64,000 nucleotides of DNA, taken from contig CAWKMU010000003.1 in NCBI GenBank assembly GCA_963850905.1, positions 1,120,001 to 1,184,000 on the forward strand, in the 5' to 3' direction. Position 1 is the first letter of the stretch; each line of letters begins with the position of its first letter. A program made the translations under genes and the position numbers. This document shows, in pieces, positions 21,774 to 31,015 of the stretch. Below the pieces are notes generated by a model that was given only the letters and a program-made list of their open reading frames with translations, did no database searches and was not told the DNA's origin. The DNA comes from an uncultured Gemmatimonadales bacterium (lineage in GTDB: Bacteria > Gemmatimonadota > Gemmatimonadetes > Gemmatimonadales > Gemmatimonadaceae).

Positions 21774-22367
21774 ATGCTCAACGCACGCGTGTTCCACTCA
21801 GCTCTCGTCGCCGCGGTCGGCCTTCTGCCGGCGTTCGCTGGCGCGCAGATGTCCAACACCTCCAATGGTCAAAGCGTGCCCAACAGCGCAGACGCGGCCG
21901 AGGTGCGCAAACAGTTCATGGACGACCTGGACACCCTGCACACCAAGTTCGTGGCGTTGGCCAATGCGTTTCCCGCGGACAAGTTCGCGTGGCGGCCGCA
22001 ACCGGGCGTTCGGTCGGTCGGAGAGGTGTTCATGCATGTCGCGAGCGAGTACTACGTGTACACGCCGATGGCCTACGGCGCCACGCCATCACCGGCCGTT
22101 GCACCCACCGACGCGGCGATGAAGAAGTTCGAGGCGGAGTCCACCAAGCCCGACGTGCTCAAGCATCTCGCCGACGGATTTGCCTACTGCAAGCGCGTGC
22201 TGTCGGCCGAGGATCCCGCGACCATAGCTGGCGAACACAAGTTGTTCGGTGGCCAGCACACTGTCATCGAAACCTCCTTCGGGATGGGCGGCGATCTCCA
22301 CGAGCATCTGGGCCAGCTCATCGCGTACGCGCGCATGAACGGCATCACTCCGCCGTGGAGTAAGTGA
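21774..22367 (+). CDS. Secreted DinB-family protein
   Basis: WRPQPGVRSVGEVFMH and HEHLGQLIAYARMNGITPPW; signal peptide. Confidence 0.85.
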   Translation: MLNARVFHSALVAAVGLLPAFAGAQMSNTSNGQSVPNSADAAEVRKQFMDDLDTLHTKFVALANAFPADKFAWRPQPGVRSVGEVFMHVASEYYVYTPMAYGATPSPAVAPTDAAMKKFEAESTKPDVLKHLADGFAYCKRVLSAEDPATIAGEHKLFGGQHTVIETSFGMGGDLHEHLGQLIAYARMNGITPPWSK

Positions 22368-22375
22368 TTGAACGG

Positions 22376-22479
22376 CGGACGTTAGATGCTGGACGTTGGA
22401 CGCTGGAACAAACCCCGAGGGCCTGTCACGCTGCACGTGACCGGCCCTCAGGTGTTAGTTGTCCCGCATCCAGCGTCTG
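22376..22479. repeat. Palindromic element: GGACGCT-type arms around GAGGGCC..GGCCCTC hairpin
   Basis: Same GAACAAAC + hairpin core as 6167-6280 but different heptamer arms. Confidence 0.75.
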
Positions 22480-22563
22480 TTGTCGGAACTGACAAAACTT
22501 CCTGTCTAATGTAGCTTCCCCTCCAGGTGGCTGCGGGCAGGAGAACGTCCAGACGGAGGGGCT

Positions 22564-22995
22564 ATGGCGGACATCATCATGCAGTTTCCGGTGAAGGCGA
22601 GCGCGGCCCGGGTGTTCCAGGCCGTCAGCACACCGCAGGGACTCGACACGTGGTGGACGAAACGCTGCACGGGCGAGCCGAAACTCGGCGCCGCGTATGG
22701 CCTCCACTTCGGTGCCGGATACGACTGGCACGCACGCGTCACCAAGTGCGCCCCGCCGCGTGAGTTCGAGCTACAAGTAGGCGAGTCGCACGACGACTGG
22801 CTGAACACGCGGGTCAACGTCCAGCTGTCCGAGAAGGGCGGCACGACGACCGTGCAGTTCTCCCACACCGGCTGGCCGTCCGCCAACGAGCACTGGCGGG
22901 TCTCGGCCTATTGCTGGGCGATGTATCTGCGCATCATGAGCCGCAACATCGAGCATGGCGAGTCCGTGCCTTACGAGCAGCGACTGAGCGTGTGA
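22564..22995 (+). CDS. SRPBCC/AHSA1 domain protein
   Basis: RVFQAVST..GLDTWW, TTVQFSHTGW, CWAMYL; RBS GGAGG. Confidence 0.88.
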   Translation: MADIIMQFPVKASAARVFQAVSTPQGLDTWWTKRCTGEPKLGAAYGLHFGAGYDWHARVTKCAPPREFELQVGESHDDWLNTRVNVQLSEKGGTTTVQFSHTGWPSANEHWRVSAYCWAMYLRIMSRNIEHGESVPYEQRLSV

Positions 22996-23048
22996 GCGCG
23001 TGAGAGGGTCGCCGGTACCGACCCGCAGGGGCGACCCGAGCGCCGCGC

Positions 23049-23753
23049 CTACCTGTTCGGGTGCCCTCGGCGAATCGGCGTGACGATGCCCAGCACGACG
23101 AGATACACCGATAGCACGATGCATGTCAGCCACTCCCAGAACGCGAAGCTGAGATAGACCGGCACGCCGCGCGCGCGCCAGGAGAGTCCGACCCAGTGCA
23201 GCTCCGGCAGCACGTAATACACGTAGGCTTGGGCGATACCGGCGAGGACGATCGGAGCGGCCAGCAGTCCGGCCAGGGCCAGACCAACGGTGTGCCGACG
23301 CGCGCCTTCACGTGCCCCCACGGTGCGCCCGACGAGATCCAGCGTCAGTCCCAAGAGACCGACGCACAGGCCGGTGAATGCCAGCAGCGTCAGGATCTCG
23401 TGTCCCTTGGGAATGCCTGGCAGGGAAAGGGGTAGCACACCCGCGCCGATCATGCACGCCGAGCCCCAGCGCAGCCAGTCCAGCGCCTTCGGCCGCGATG
23501 CACTCTCGGATTTCGCGCCTCGCGGTGCCGCGAGCGTGAGGGTCCAACACAGCACTGCGAGTCCGCAGAGGCCAATCCCGGCCGCAGCCCACGCCCGCCC
23601 CGAGGGGTTGTCCCGAGGAGATAGCAGGACCGACATCGTCTGATAACGCCAATCGAATTCGCCCGGATATCGTCGCGCGGCCATGACGATACCCGTCCAC
23701 AACGCCAGGGCGCCGAGCGGCGCCAACGCCCCGCGAGCCCCAGCTGTCGCCAA
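23049..23753 (-). CDS. Integral membrane protein (DUF998-like)
   Basis: About 6 hydrophobic helices; YPG.FDW..MS.L.S..NP motif. Confidence 0.55.
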   Translation of the reverse strand: MATAGARGALAPLGALALWTGIVMAARRYPGEFDWRYQTMSVLLSPRDNPSGRAWAAAGIGLCGLAVLCWTLTLAAPRGAKSESASRPKALDWLRWGSACMIGAGVLPLSLPGIPKGHEILTLLAFTGLCVGLLGLTLDLVGRTVGAREGARRHTVGLALAGLLAAPIVLAGIAQAYVYYVLPELHWVGLSWRARGVPVYLSFAFWEWLTCIVLSVYLVVLGIVTPIRRGHPNR

Positions 23754-23756
23754 CCG

Positions 23757-25007
23757 CTATCGAGCCATCATGCGAACCATCGCCACGCCGTGCGGTGGTA
23801 CCGCAGTAGAAAACTTCTTCGCGAACGCACCGAGGTCGGCGTGCGACCACAGGTCGCGGACGAGCACGGTGTCCCGACGAATGCCGACGCGTTCGAAGGT
23901 TGCCGTAATCGTGGCCTGTGTGTCGGCGCGGTTGAGGAGCGCGACCGCGAACGCGCCGCCCTGGAGCGGCTTGGACCACACTTGCAGCGCGGGCGGCGCT
24001 TCCCACACGAGGATGCCCTGCTTGCCCAGGCCGTCCTGATCGACCGCGATCACCTCGCGATTCGTCAGGATCGTCGTGGTGGCGGGGGACATGCCGCGCA
24101 GATCGTTCCCGGCGATGAGCGGCGCCGCCATCAGTGCCCACAAGCTGAAATGGGCGCGGTACTCGTTGTCAGTCATGCCACCATTCCCGACCTCGAGCAT
24201 GTCGGGGTCGTTCCACGCGCCCGGGTGGGCGACGTCGGCGTGCTGCGCGGATTGATCGAGATTGTCGAGCATCGACGACCATTTGTCCTCGATGTCATCG
24301 GTCGTTCGCCACAGGTTGCCGACTGCCGGCGCCCATTCCCAAGGTCGGTTGACGCCCCACTCGCAGATACTGAGCACGATCGGCCGCTTCGCCTGTACCA
24401 GGGCCGCCCGGAACTTGGTGTATTGGTCGCGGGCATCGAGACCCTTCGCATGGCACCAATCTTCCTTTACGTAGTCGACGCCCCACTCCGCGTACGTCGC
24501 GGCGTCCTGTTGCTCGTGACCGAGGGTTCCTGGCCGTCCCTGGCACGTCTGGGTGCCGGCATCGGTGTAGATGCCGAACTGCAGGCCGCGGCTGTGCACG
24601 TAGTCGGCGAGGGCTTTGATCCCGTGCGGGAACCGCGCCGAGTCTGCGACGATCGTCCCGTGCGCATCGCGAGATGTCTGCCAGCAGTCGTCGATCACGA
24701 TGTAGCGATAGCCTGCGTCGCGCATGCCACTCGCGACCATCGCGTCGGCCTCGCCGCGGATCATCGAGTCGCTGACGTTGCAGCCAAAATGATTCCAGCT
24801 ATTCCATCCCATTGGCGGAGTCTGAGCAACCTTGGTCTCGCGACACGCAGTTCCGAGCATCACGATGCACATCAGGGCGGCCGCCATCCTGACGCCACCC
24901 GCGGCGACGCGCGCCCGGCGTATGTGCCCGCTCACCCTTCCCATGTGACGTTGCGTATCAGTTCTGCTCATTTCGCTTTTCCTCGCCAGGTCGAGGATGA
25001 GTGACAT
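23757..25007 (-). CDS. Alpha-galactosidase, GH27
   Basis: TPPMGWNSWN, IDDCW, YVKEDWC, WRTTDDI, WNDPDML; start may be further downstream. Confidence 0.95.
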   Translation of the reverse strand: MSLILDLARKSEMSRTDTQRHMGRVSGHIRRARVAAGGVRMAAALMCIVMLGTACRETKVAQTPPMGWNSWNHFGCNVSDSMIRGEADAMVASGMRDAGYRYIVIDDCWQTSRDAHGTIVADSARFPHGIKALADYVHSRGLQFGIYTDAGTQTCQGRPGTLGHEQQDAATYAEWGVDYVKEDWCHAKGLDARDQYTKFRAALVQAKRPIVLSICEWGVNRPWEWAPAVGNLWRTTDDIEDKWSSMLDNLDQSAQHADVAHPGAWNDPDMLEVGNGGMTDNEYRAHFSLWALMAAPLIAGNDLRGMSPATTTILTNREVIAVDQDGLGKQGILVWEAPPALQVWSKPLQGGAFAVALLNRADTQATITATFERVGIRRDTVLVRDLWSHADLGAFAKKFSTAVPPHGVAMVRMMAR

Positions 25008-25206
25008 TGGCTGTCCGCCGTGCCTGTCGCCAGCTGCCGACCAGCATCGCGAGACCGAATAGCACCATGGTCGCGCCCCACCACACGTCGACTGCGAGGC
25101 CGGCGACGGGTTCCCTATGAGGACCTACGCCGTAGCCAAGCAGCAGCGCTCCGATCACCGCGCAGAGCACCCCAATCGGCAGCCGAACGTCCAACATGGG
25201 TGTCAA
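24958..25206 (-). CDS. Small two-TM membrane protein
   Basis: LDVRLPIG..VDVWWG, two hydrophobic helices, tightly packed between SSS and GH27 genes. Confidence 0.7.
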   Translation of the reverse strand: MTPMLDVRLPIGVLCAVIGALLLGYGVGPHREPVAGLAVDVWWGATMVLFGLAMLVGSWRQARRTANVTHPRPGEEKRNEQN

Positions 25207-25218
25207 TGTCGGTACCTC

Positions 25219-26985
25219 TCAACGAAAAAGCAGGTTCAGCGCCAACACCAGGGCGAGTACGACAACCGCGAGAACCGCCGGGCGGTCGTACCAGCGCAGA
25301 CTGGTGTCATCAATCTTTGGTGTGAGAGCATAGACCAGACCCCGGAGCTCGCCATCGGGTCGGGGGCTGGTCACGAGGCTCACCGCGATCGTGACGAGGA
25401 AGCATGTAAGCCACGCCACAATGGCCGTCCAGAACGACTGTGCGAGCTCACTCGGGTAGGTCCAGAGCGTGCCGAGGTAGCCGCCTTTGACGCCGACCGG
25501 CGCGCCGGCTGGGAGAGAGAGACCGTGATGGACGGCGGCCGCGAGCGTGCCGGCGACGAGCCCAGTGAAGGCGCCGTGGCCGGTGGTCCGCTTCCACGAC
25601 ATGCCGAGTATGAACGTCGCGAACAGCGGTGCGTTGACGAACGCGAACACCAGCTGCAGGAAATCCATGATGTCATTGAACGAGGCCGCCACGTAGGCCG
25701 TCGCGATCGACAGGAGAATGCCGGCGACGGTTGCGGCTCGGCCCATCTGGAGATAGTGGCGGTCCGATGCATGCGGGCGCAGGTATGTCTGATAGAGATC
25801 GTAGGTCCAGACCGTGTTGAACGCGGTGACGTTCCCCGCCATTCCCGACATGAAGGACGCGATGAGCGCCGTCAACCCGAGTCCCAGCATCCCGGCAGGA
25901 AAGAGGTGGACCAGCATCATCGGCGTCGCCAGGTCGTAATCCAGCAGGGGGTGGCCGCTGGCGTCGAGGACAATGCTGCCGGTGGTCGGGTTGGTCTGTG
26001 GCGGGATCAGCCCGACCGAGCCAAGCAGAGGATGGACGCCACCTGCCCGCGTGCTCGCGAGCACGAGCGCGATCATCCCCGGAAGGATCACGATGAACGG
26101 CATGGCCATCTTGGGCAGCGCCGCGAGCAGCGGCGTGCGGCGCGCGGCGTTCATCGAGTCGGCGGCCATCGCCCGCTGGACGACCAGGAAGTCCGTGCAC
26201 CAGTAGCCAAACGACAGGACGAAGCCCAGGCCCATCACGAGTCCGATCCAGTCGACGCCGATCGGGTTCGTCGCGGCGTGACCCAGTCCGGCCCACGCGT
26301 GCGTGTAGGCGCCCGGTGCCAGGCCGCGCGCGCTCGCCACCACGGCGAGCCTCGATTCGAGACCCGACCATCCGCCGACGGCACGCAGGCCGATGTAGGA
26401 CAGCGGCAAGAACCCGAGTACGATGAGAAAGAACTGCAGCACCTCGTTGTAGATCGCGCTCGTCAGTCCCCCCAGCACGATGTACCCGAGCACGATACCG
26501 GCAGAGACGAGCACACTCATGTCGAAGCTCCAGCCGAGCAGCAGATGGAGCAGCTTGCCCATTGCGTCCATCGAGATGCCGGAGGAAAAGACCGTCATCA
26601 CGGCGAACGATGCCGCGTTGAAGGTGCGCGTTTTCTCGTCGAACCGCAGGCGCAGGTATTCGGGGACGGAGCGTGCGCGCGATCCGTAGTAGAATCGCAT
26701 CATGAATACACCCACGAAGACCATCGCGGGGATCGCGCCGATCCAGTAGAAATGGCTCGTGGCAATGCCGTACTTGGCGCCTGACGCGCTCATGCCAATG
26801 ACTTCCTGGGCGCCGAGATTGGCAGACAGGAATGCGAGCCCCGTCACCCAAGCCGGCAAGGCGCGCCCCGACAGGAAGAAATCGTTGGCCGTGCGCGTCG
26901 ACCGGCGGAGAGCCCAGCCTACGCCGAGCACCACGACGAAGTACGCCGCCATGACGGCGTAGTCGATCCACGCGAGGCTAGCCAC
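25219..26985 (-). CDS. Sodium:solute symporter (sugar type)
   Basis: DFFLSGR, SANLG, YWCTDFLVVQRAMAA, many TM helices. Confidence 0.93.
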   Translation of the reverse strand: MASLAWIDYAVMAAYFVVVLGVGWALRRSTRTANDFFLSGRALPAWVTGLAFLSANLGAQEVIGMSASGAKYGIATSHFYWIGAIPAMVFVGVFMMRFYYGSRARSVPEYLRLRFDEKTRTFNAASFAVMTVFSSGISMDAMGKLLHLLLGWSFDMSVLVSAGIVLGYIVLGGLTSAIYNEVLQFFLIVLGFLPLSYIGLRAVGGWSGLESRLAVVASARGLAPGAYTHAWAGLGHAATNPIGVDWIGLVMGLGFVLSFGYWCTDFLVVQRAMAADSMNAARRTPLLAALPKMAMPFIVILPGMIALVLASTRAGGVHPLLGSVGLIPPQTNPTTGSIVLDASGHPLLDYDLATPMMLVHLFPAGMLGLGLTALIASFMSGMAGNVTAFNTVWTYDLYQTYLRPHASDRHYLQMGRAATVAGILLSIATAYVAASFNDIMDFLQLVFAFVNAPLFATFILGMSWKRTTGHGAFTGLVAGTLAAAVHHGLSLPAGAPVGVKGGYLGTLWTYPSELAQSFWTAIVAWLTCFLVTIAVSLVTSPRPDGELRGLVYALTPKIDDTSLRWYDRPAVLAVVVLALVLALNLLFR

Positions 26986-27022
26986 GCGGCGTGTGGTTAG
27001 GGATTGGGGTGTGGCTGAAAGG

Positions 27023-27321
27023 CGGGGTCAGGGATCAGGGGTCGGGGGTCAGGGAACCACAACGACACCTTCATGCCGCGGCTTACTGCGTAGCATTTCT
27101 GGAGGTTGAATAACGCATTCGTCGGTCGATCGGGGGAGAGGCGGATCGGCCGTTCGTGCGATACCTGCGGCAATCGCCGCCCACCATCATGACAACGTCG
27201 CCGCATTGGTTCGCCGCGGACGGTGCGGCACCTCAGGGCGACGCATTGCGTCGCCCCTACCCGCCGCGGTGCAAGTGCCGTTGAAAGTCCTTGTTACCCG
27301 TTACCCGTCACCCGTCACCCG
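27023..27321. repeat. Repeat cluster: GGGGTCA-type array, GTAG-type REP (27236-27260), (GTYACCC)n array
   Basis: Read directly; REP identical to 47542-47566. Confidence 0.75.
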
Positions 27322-27339
27322 GCTTCTTGCCGTTCCCCC

Positions 27340-28272
27340 ATGCCTAACTCCCTCGAATCCCTCTCCAACGATCTCGTCGCCGCAGTCGACGAGGTTGCCC
27401 CTGCCGTCGTCGCCGTCCATGCCAGGCGGCGCATCCCATCAACGGGCGTGCTCTGGCAGGCCGGAGTGATCGTAGCCGCGGACCACACGGTGCGAACGGA
27501 CGACGAAGTAGCGATCACCCTGGCCGATGGGTCGGAAGTACGCGGACAAGTCGCCGGCCGCGACCCGACCACGGATCTCTGCGTGCTGAAGCTGGCGGCT
27601 GGCTCATCGGCAGCGGCGAGTCGTCCGGCGACGATCGACGAGACGCCTGTCCGGGTCGGCCTCCTCGCGTTGACGGTCGGGCGTCCGGGACGTGAGGTCA
27701 CCGCCGCGATGGGGATCGTCTCAGCGGCGGGACCCGCGTGGCGCACTGCGAACGGTGGCCGCGTCGACCAATTCATTCACCTGGACATCTCGATCTACGA
27801 CGGTTACTCAGGCAGCCCACTCGTCACCGCATTGGGACAGGTCGCCGGGATCTGTACCTCGGGATTGGCGCGGGGCGCGCCTCTCGTTGTGCCGGCCGCG
27901 ACCGTGCACCGTGTGGTCGATAGCCTCCTCGCACACGGCGGCGTCACCCGACGGGGCTTCCTCGGCGTGGGCACCCAACTCGTCCCGCTGCCCGATAGCA
28001 TCCGTCAGCAGTTGAAGCCCATCGGAGGCCGAGTGCCAACGACAGGCCTGATGATCGTGTCGGTGCAGGCGGGAACTTCTGCCGATCGCGGCGGCATGCT
28101 CTTAGGTGATGTGCTCATCGGCCTTGGCGATGAGGCGATCGAGGATCCACGCGACGTCTTGGCGGCACTCGGGCCCGAGTCCGTGGGGCGGGAGCTCCGC
28201 GCTACGGTCATCAGGGCCGGGCGTGCGATGACCCTTACGGTCACGGTGAGCGCTCATCCGCCCCGGAGCTGA
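27340..28272 (+). CDS. Trypsin-like (S1C) serine protease with PDZ domain, no signal peptide
   Basis: AADH / TTDL / GYSG triad; RGFLGV PDZ entry; start MPNSLES chosen. Confidence 0.88.
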   Translation: MPNSLESLSNDLVAAVDEVAPAVVAVHARRRIPSTGVLWQAGVIVAADHTVRTDDEVAITLADGSEVRGQVAGRDPTTDLCVLKLAAGSSAAASRPATIDETPVRVGLLALTVGRPGREVTAAMGIVSAAGPAWRTANGGRVDQFIHLDISIYDGYSGSPLVTALGQVAGICTSGLARGAPLVVPAATVHRVVDSLLAHGGVTRRGFLGVGTQLVPLPDSIRQQLKPIGGRVPTTGLMIVSVQAGTSADRGGMLLGDVLIGLGDEAIEDPRDVLAALGPESVGRELRATVIRAGRAMTLTVTVSAHPPRS

Positions 28273-28275
28273 TCG

Positions 28276-28914
28276 ATGCCTTCGTTGAGCGACTACGCGA
28301 CCGACGATCTCGCGGGTGTGGCGGAGGCGCTTCGTCGCGTCACCGTGGTGATCAGCATCGAGCCCACGTCACGGCGGTCCGAGCCCACGGGCCGCGGCTC
28401 GGGGATCATTTGGTCGAGCGACGGAACGATCGTGACCAACGCGCATGTCGCGACCGCGGACCGCGCGGTGATCACCCTGGCAGACGGGCGACGAGCGACG
28501 GCGCGTGTTGCGGCGCGCGATCGGCGACGCGATCTGGCGGTCTTGCGAGTGGATCGCCAGGCGATCTCTGATCCTCTGCCGGTCCCGGTGCTCCGCCGTC
28601 CGTCGACCCTGCAGGCGGGGGAGCTCCTGCTGGCGCTCGGGCACCCCTTTGGCATCGAGCACGCATTGGCGATCGGCGTCGTGCACGTCGCGCCCGACGC
28701 GCAGCGCTCACCCTACGTGGTCGCCGACATTCGATTGGCACCTGGCAATTCCGGCGGGCCGCTGGCCGACGCAAAGGGTCGAATTGTGGGCGTGAATAGT
28801 ATGATCGTCGGTGGCTTGGGGGTCGCGATCTCGACAGATGTCGTGCGGCGTCTCGTTGCGCGCGTGGCCAACGCGGTTCGCGGGCGGCCTTCGATGGACC
28901 GGGACGCCGCCTAG
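28276..28914 (+). CDS. Trypsin-like (S1C) serine protease lacking PDZ
   Basis: TNAHV, DLAVL, GNSGGPL. Confidence 0.9.
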   Translation: MPSLSDYATDDLAGVAEALRRVTVVISIEPTSRRSEPTGRGSGIIWSSDGTIVTNAHVATADRAVITLADGRRATARVAARDRRRDLAVLRVDRQAISDPLPVPVLRRPSTLQAGELLLALGHPFGIEHALAIGVVHVAPDAQRSPYVVADIRLAPGNSGGPLADAKGRIVGVNSMIVGGLGVAISTDVVRRLVARVANAVRGRPSMDRDAA

Positions 28915-28930
28915 GACCGGAGATCGCCAG

Positions 28931-29605
28931 ATGATCCGGGTCGCTCTCGTGGCGGACTCGCCGGTCGTCCACGCCGGCCTCGTTGCCCTGCTCGCGTCGG
29001 ACCCCGGCATCGATATCGTCGAATCGAGCGCGGTGTTGGACCCCGTTGTGATCGGCGAATCTCTGCGGGTATCGATGCCAGCTCCGGAGCTGATCGTCTG
29101 GGCCCCGGCTCGCTTCGATCCAGCGGACGGTGCTGGTGCTCTGGACGCGGGAGAGTTCGGTGCGGGCCCGTTCACGCCTGCACTTGTCGTGCTCCTGCCG
29201 ATCGTCGACGTCGCGACGGTCGGCGAGGCGATACGTGCGGGCGCCCGCGCCGTGTTGCCTGCCGACGCGGATCGCGACGAGTTGGTCGCCGCAATTCACG
29301 CGGTCGCGGCCGGCCTCGGTGCGGTGCCGCGCACGCTGCTGCCAGACCTCGTCGGCGCACAAAACGCCACCCGCGAGAACGCTGGAGCGGTGTCGGACGC
29401 CGCGTCGCCGGCGCTAACGCAGCGCGAGCGCGAAGTGTTGGCCTTGCTCGTCGACGGCCGGGCCAACAAGGTGATCGCCGCACGGCTCGGCATCAGCGAG
29501 CACACGGTGAAGACACACATCGCGTCGTTGTACGAGAAACTGGGGACACGGAATCGCGCGGAAGCTGTCGTGGCCGCCGCGCGCCGAGGGTTGGTGATCC
29601 TCTAA
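28931..29605 (+). CDS. LuxR/NarL-type regulator with degenerate receiver domain
   Basis: LTQREREVL..NKVIA..ISEHTVKTH HTH; start MIRVALVAD with GGAG RBS. Confidence 0.92.
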   Translation: MIRVALVADSPVVHAGLVALLASDPGIDIVESSAVLDPVVIGESLRVSMPAPELIVWAPARFDPADGAGALDAGEFGAGPFTPALVVLLPIVDVATVGEAIRAGARAVLPADADRDELVAAIHAVAAGLGAVPRTLLPDLVGAQNATRENAGAVSDAASPALTQREREVLALLVDGRANKVIAARLGISEHTVKTHIASLYEKLGTRNRAEAVVAAARRGLVIL

Positions 29606-30723
29606 CTGGACCTCGATACCGTGCCCGATCCTCTGCGCGTCGCGCCGGCCGACGCCGTACGTCGCCTGTCCCCCTTTCTCCTTTCTCCTCGTTCGGGCGC
29701 CCAAGGGGCGTCCGCTGCTGCCTCGGCCTCCGGCTCGGACACGAACAGGTTCAATCCCAGTTGCTGAGCGAGGAAATTCGCAACGAGCTGTCCCTTGACG
29801 CTGTTGCCTGCCTTGTCGAGCAGCGGCGCGAAGTTGCCGAGCGCTCCTTTCCCGGGCGCGACCGCGACGATGCCACCACCGATACCGCTCTTGCCGGGCA
29901 GGCCGATGTCGAAGAGCCAATCACCCGAGGTCTCGTACAGGCCGGCCGTTGCCATCACCGCGAGCGCATAGCGGCAACTGTCGGCATCGACGACCCGCTC
30001 CTTCGTCAGCGGATTGACGCCGCCGTCGGCCAGTGTCGCGCCCATCACCGCGAGATCCTTTGACGACACGTTCAACGAACACTGCTTGGTGTACAGGTCG
30101 GTCGCCTCGGCGGCGTCCATTTCGATACGGCCATAGCTCTTGAGAAGGCGAGCCATGCTTTGGTTTCGATCGTTGGTATCCGAGGCCGAATTGTACACTT
30201 CCGCGTTGAGCGGAAGCGTGCGGCCAGCGAACTGAGACAGGCCGTCATGGATGAAGCGCCACTTGGCATCGAGGCTCGCGCCAGGCACCAGGCTCGTCGT
30301 CGCAATCGCGCCCGCATTGACCATGGGGTTGGTCCTGCCGGCGGGGTTGCGCTCGATCGCGGTCAGTGAGTTGAAGGGCAGCCCGGTGCTGTTCACGCCG
30401 AGCTTCTCGCGGGCTTGCTCGGCCCCAAGTGATTGACATACCAACGCAAACACGAACGGTTTGGAGACGCTCATGATCGCGAACTCGTAGTCGGAATTCC
30501 CGGCCGCGTAGATCCTGCCGCTCGTACCGACCACGCATATCCCGAACAGCTTTTTCGGCACCGCAGCGAGCGCCGGATACACCTGCGAGTTCGTGCCTTC
30601 GGTGTTGGACTTGAAGCGCTCGTACGCGTCGCGAACGAGTGCCTGCACTTGCTCGGGAGACGGCAAGTGTCCGGTCGACACATAGGAACTTTCGGCGTGG
30701 CTGACGCTGGATCCCGTGCTCAT
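29602..30723 (-). CDS. glsA: Glutaminase A
   Basis: SVSK catalytic motif, NPMVNAGAI, GKSGIGGG. Confidence 0.95.
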   Translation of the reverse strand: MSTGSSVSHAESSYVSTGHLPSPEQVQALVRDAYERFKSNTEGTNSQVYPALAAVPKKLFGICVVGTSGRIYAAGNSDYEFAIMSVSKPFVFALVCQSLGAEQAREKLGVNSTGLPFNSLTAIERNPAGRTNPMVNAGAIATTSLVPGASLDAKWRFIHDGLSQFAGRTLPLNAEVYNSASDTNDRNQSMARLLKSYGRIEMDAAEATDLYTKQCSLNVSSKDLAVMGATLADGGVNPLTKERVVDADSCRYALAVMATAGLYETSGDWLFDIGLPGKSGIGGGIVAVAPGKGALGNFAPLLDKAGNSVKGQLVANFLAQQLGLNLFVSEPEAEAAADAPWAPERGERRKGDRRRTASAGATRRGSGTVSRSS

Positions 30724-30868
30724 TGGTCGCTCCAAGCTCTGCCATCGCATAGTCGCCCGTACCGCTGCCGACCGGCTATTGGACAAAAGCACTGCTTGAA
30801 AACACGCGGCTTGGGTCGTCCGTCACGGCGTAGCGCCGTGTCGTCGGCATCCACGAAGGGTCGGGGGA

Positions 30869-30907
30869 TGGACGTCAGACGTCAGACGCTAGACGCTGGA
30901 CGCTGGA
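30869..30907. repeat. GGACGCT/AGACGTC heptamer array
   Basis: About five tandem 7-mers, same unit as 38686 array. Confidence 0.75.
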
Positions 30908-31015
30908 GAACCAACCGAACGGACGGTTGGAGTGCACCGCGACGGGTCGATAGCCAGGTGGGGTGCCTCGGGAGAGACACCCCACACAAGACGAACTGGC
31001 TACCGGAGGCCAGGA

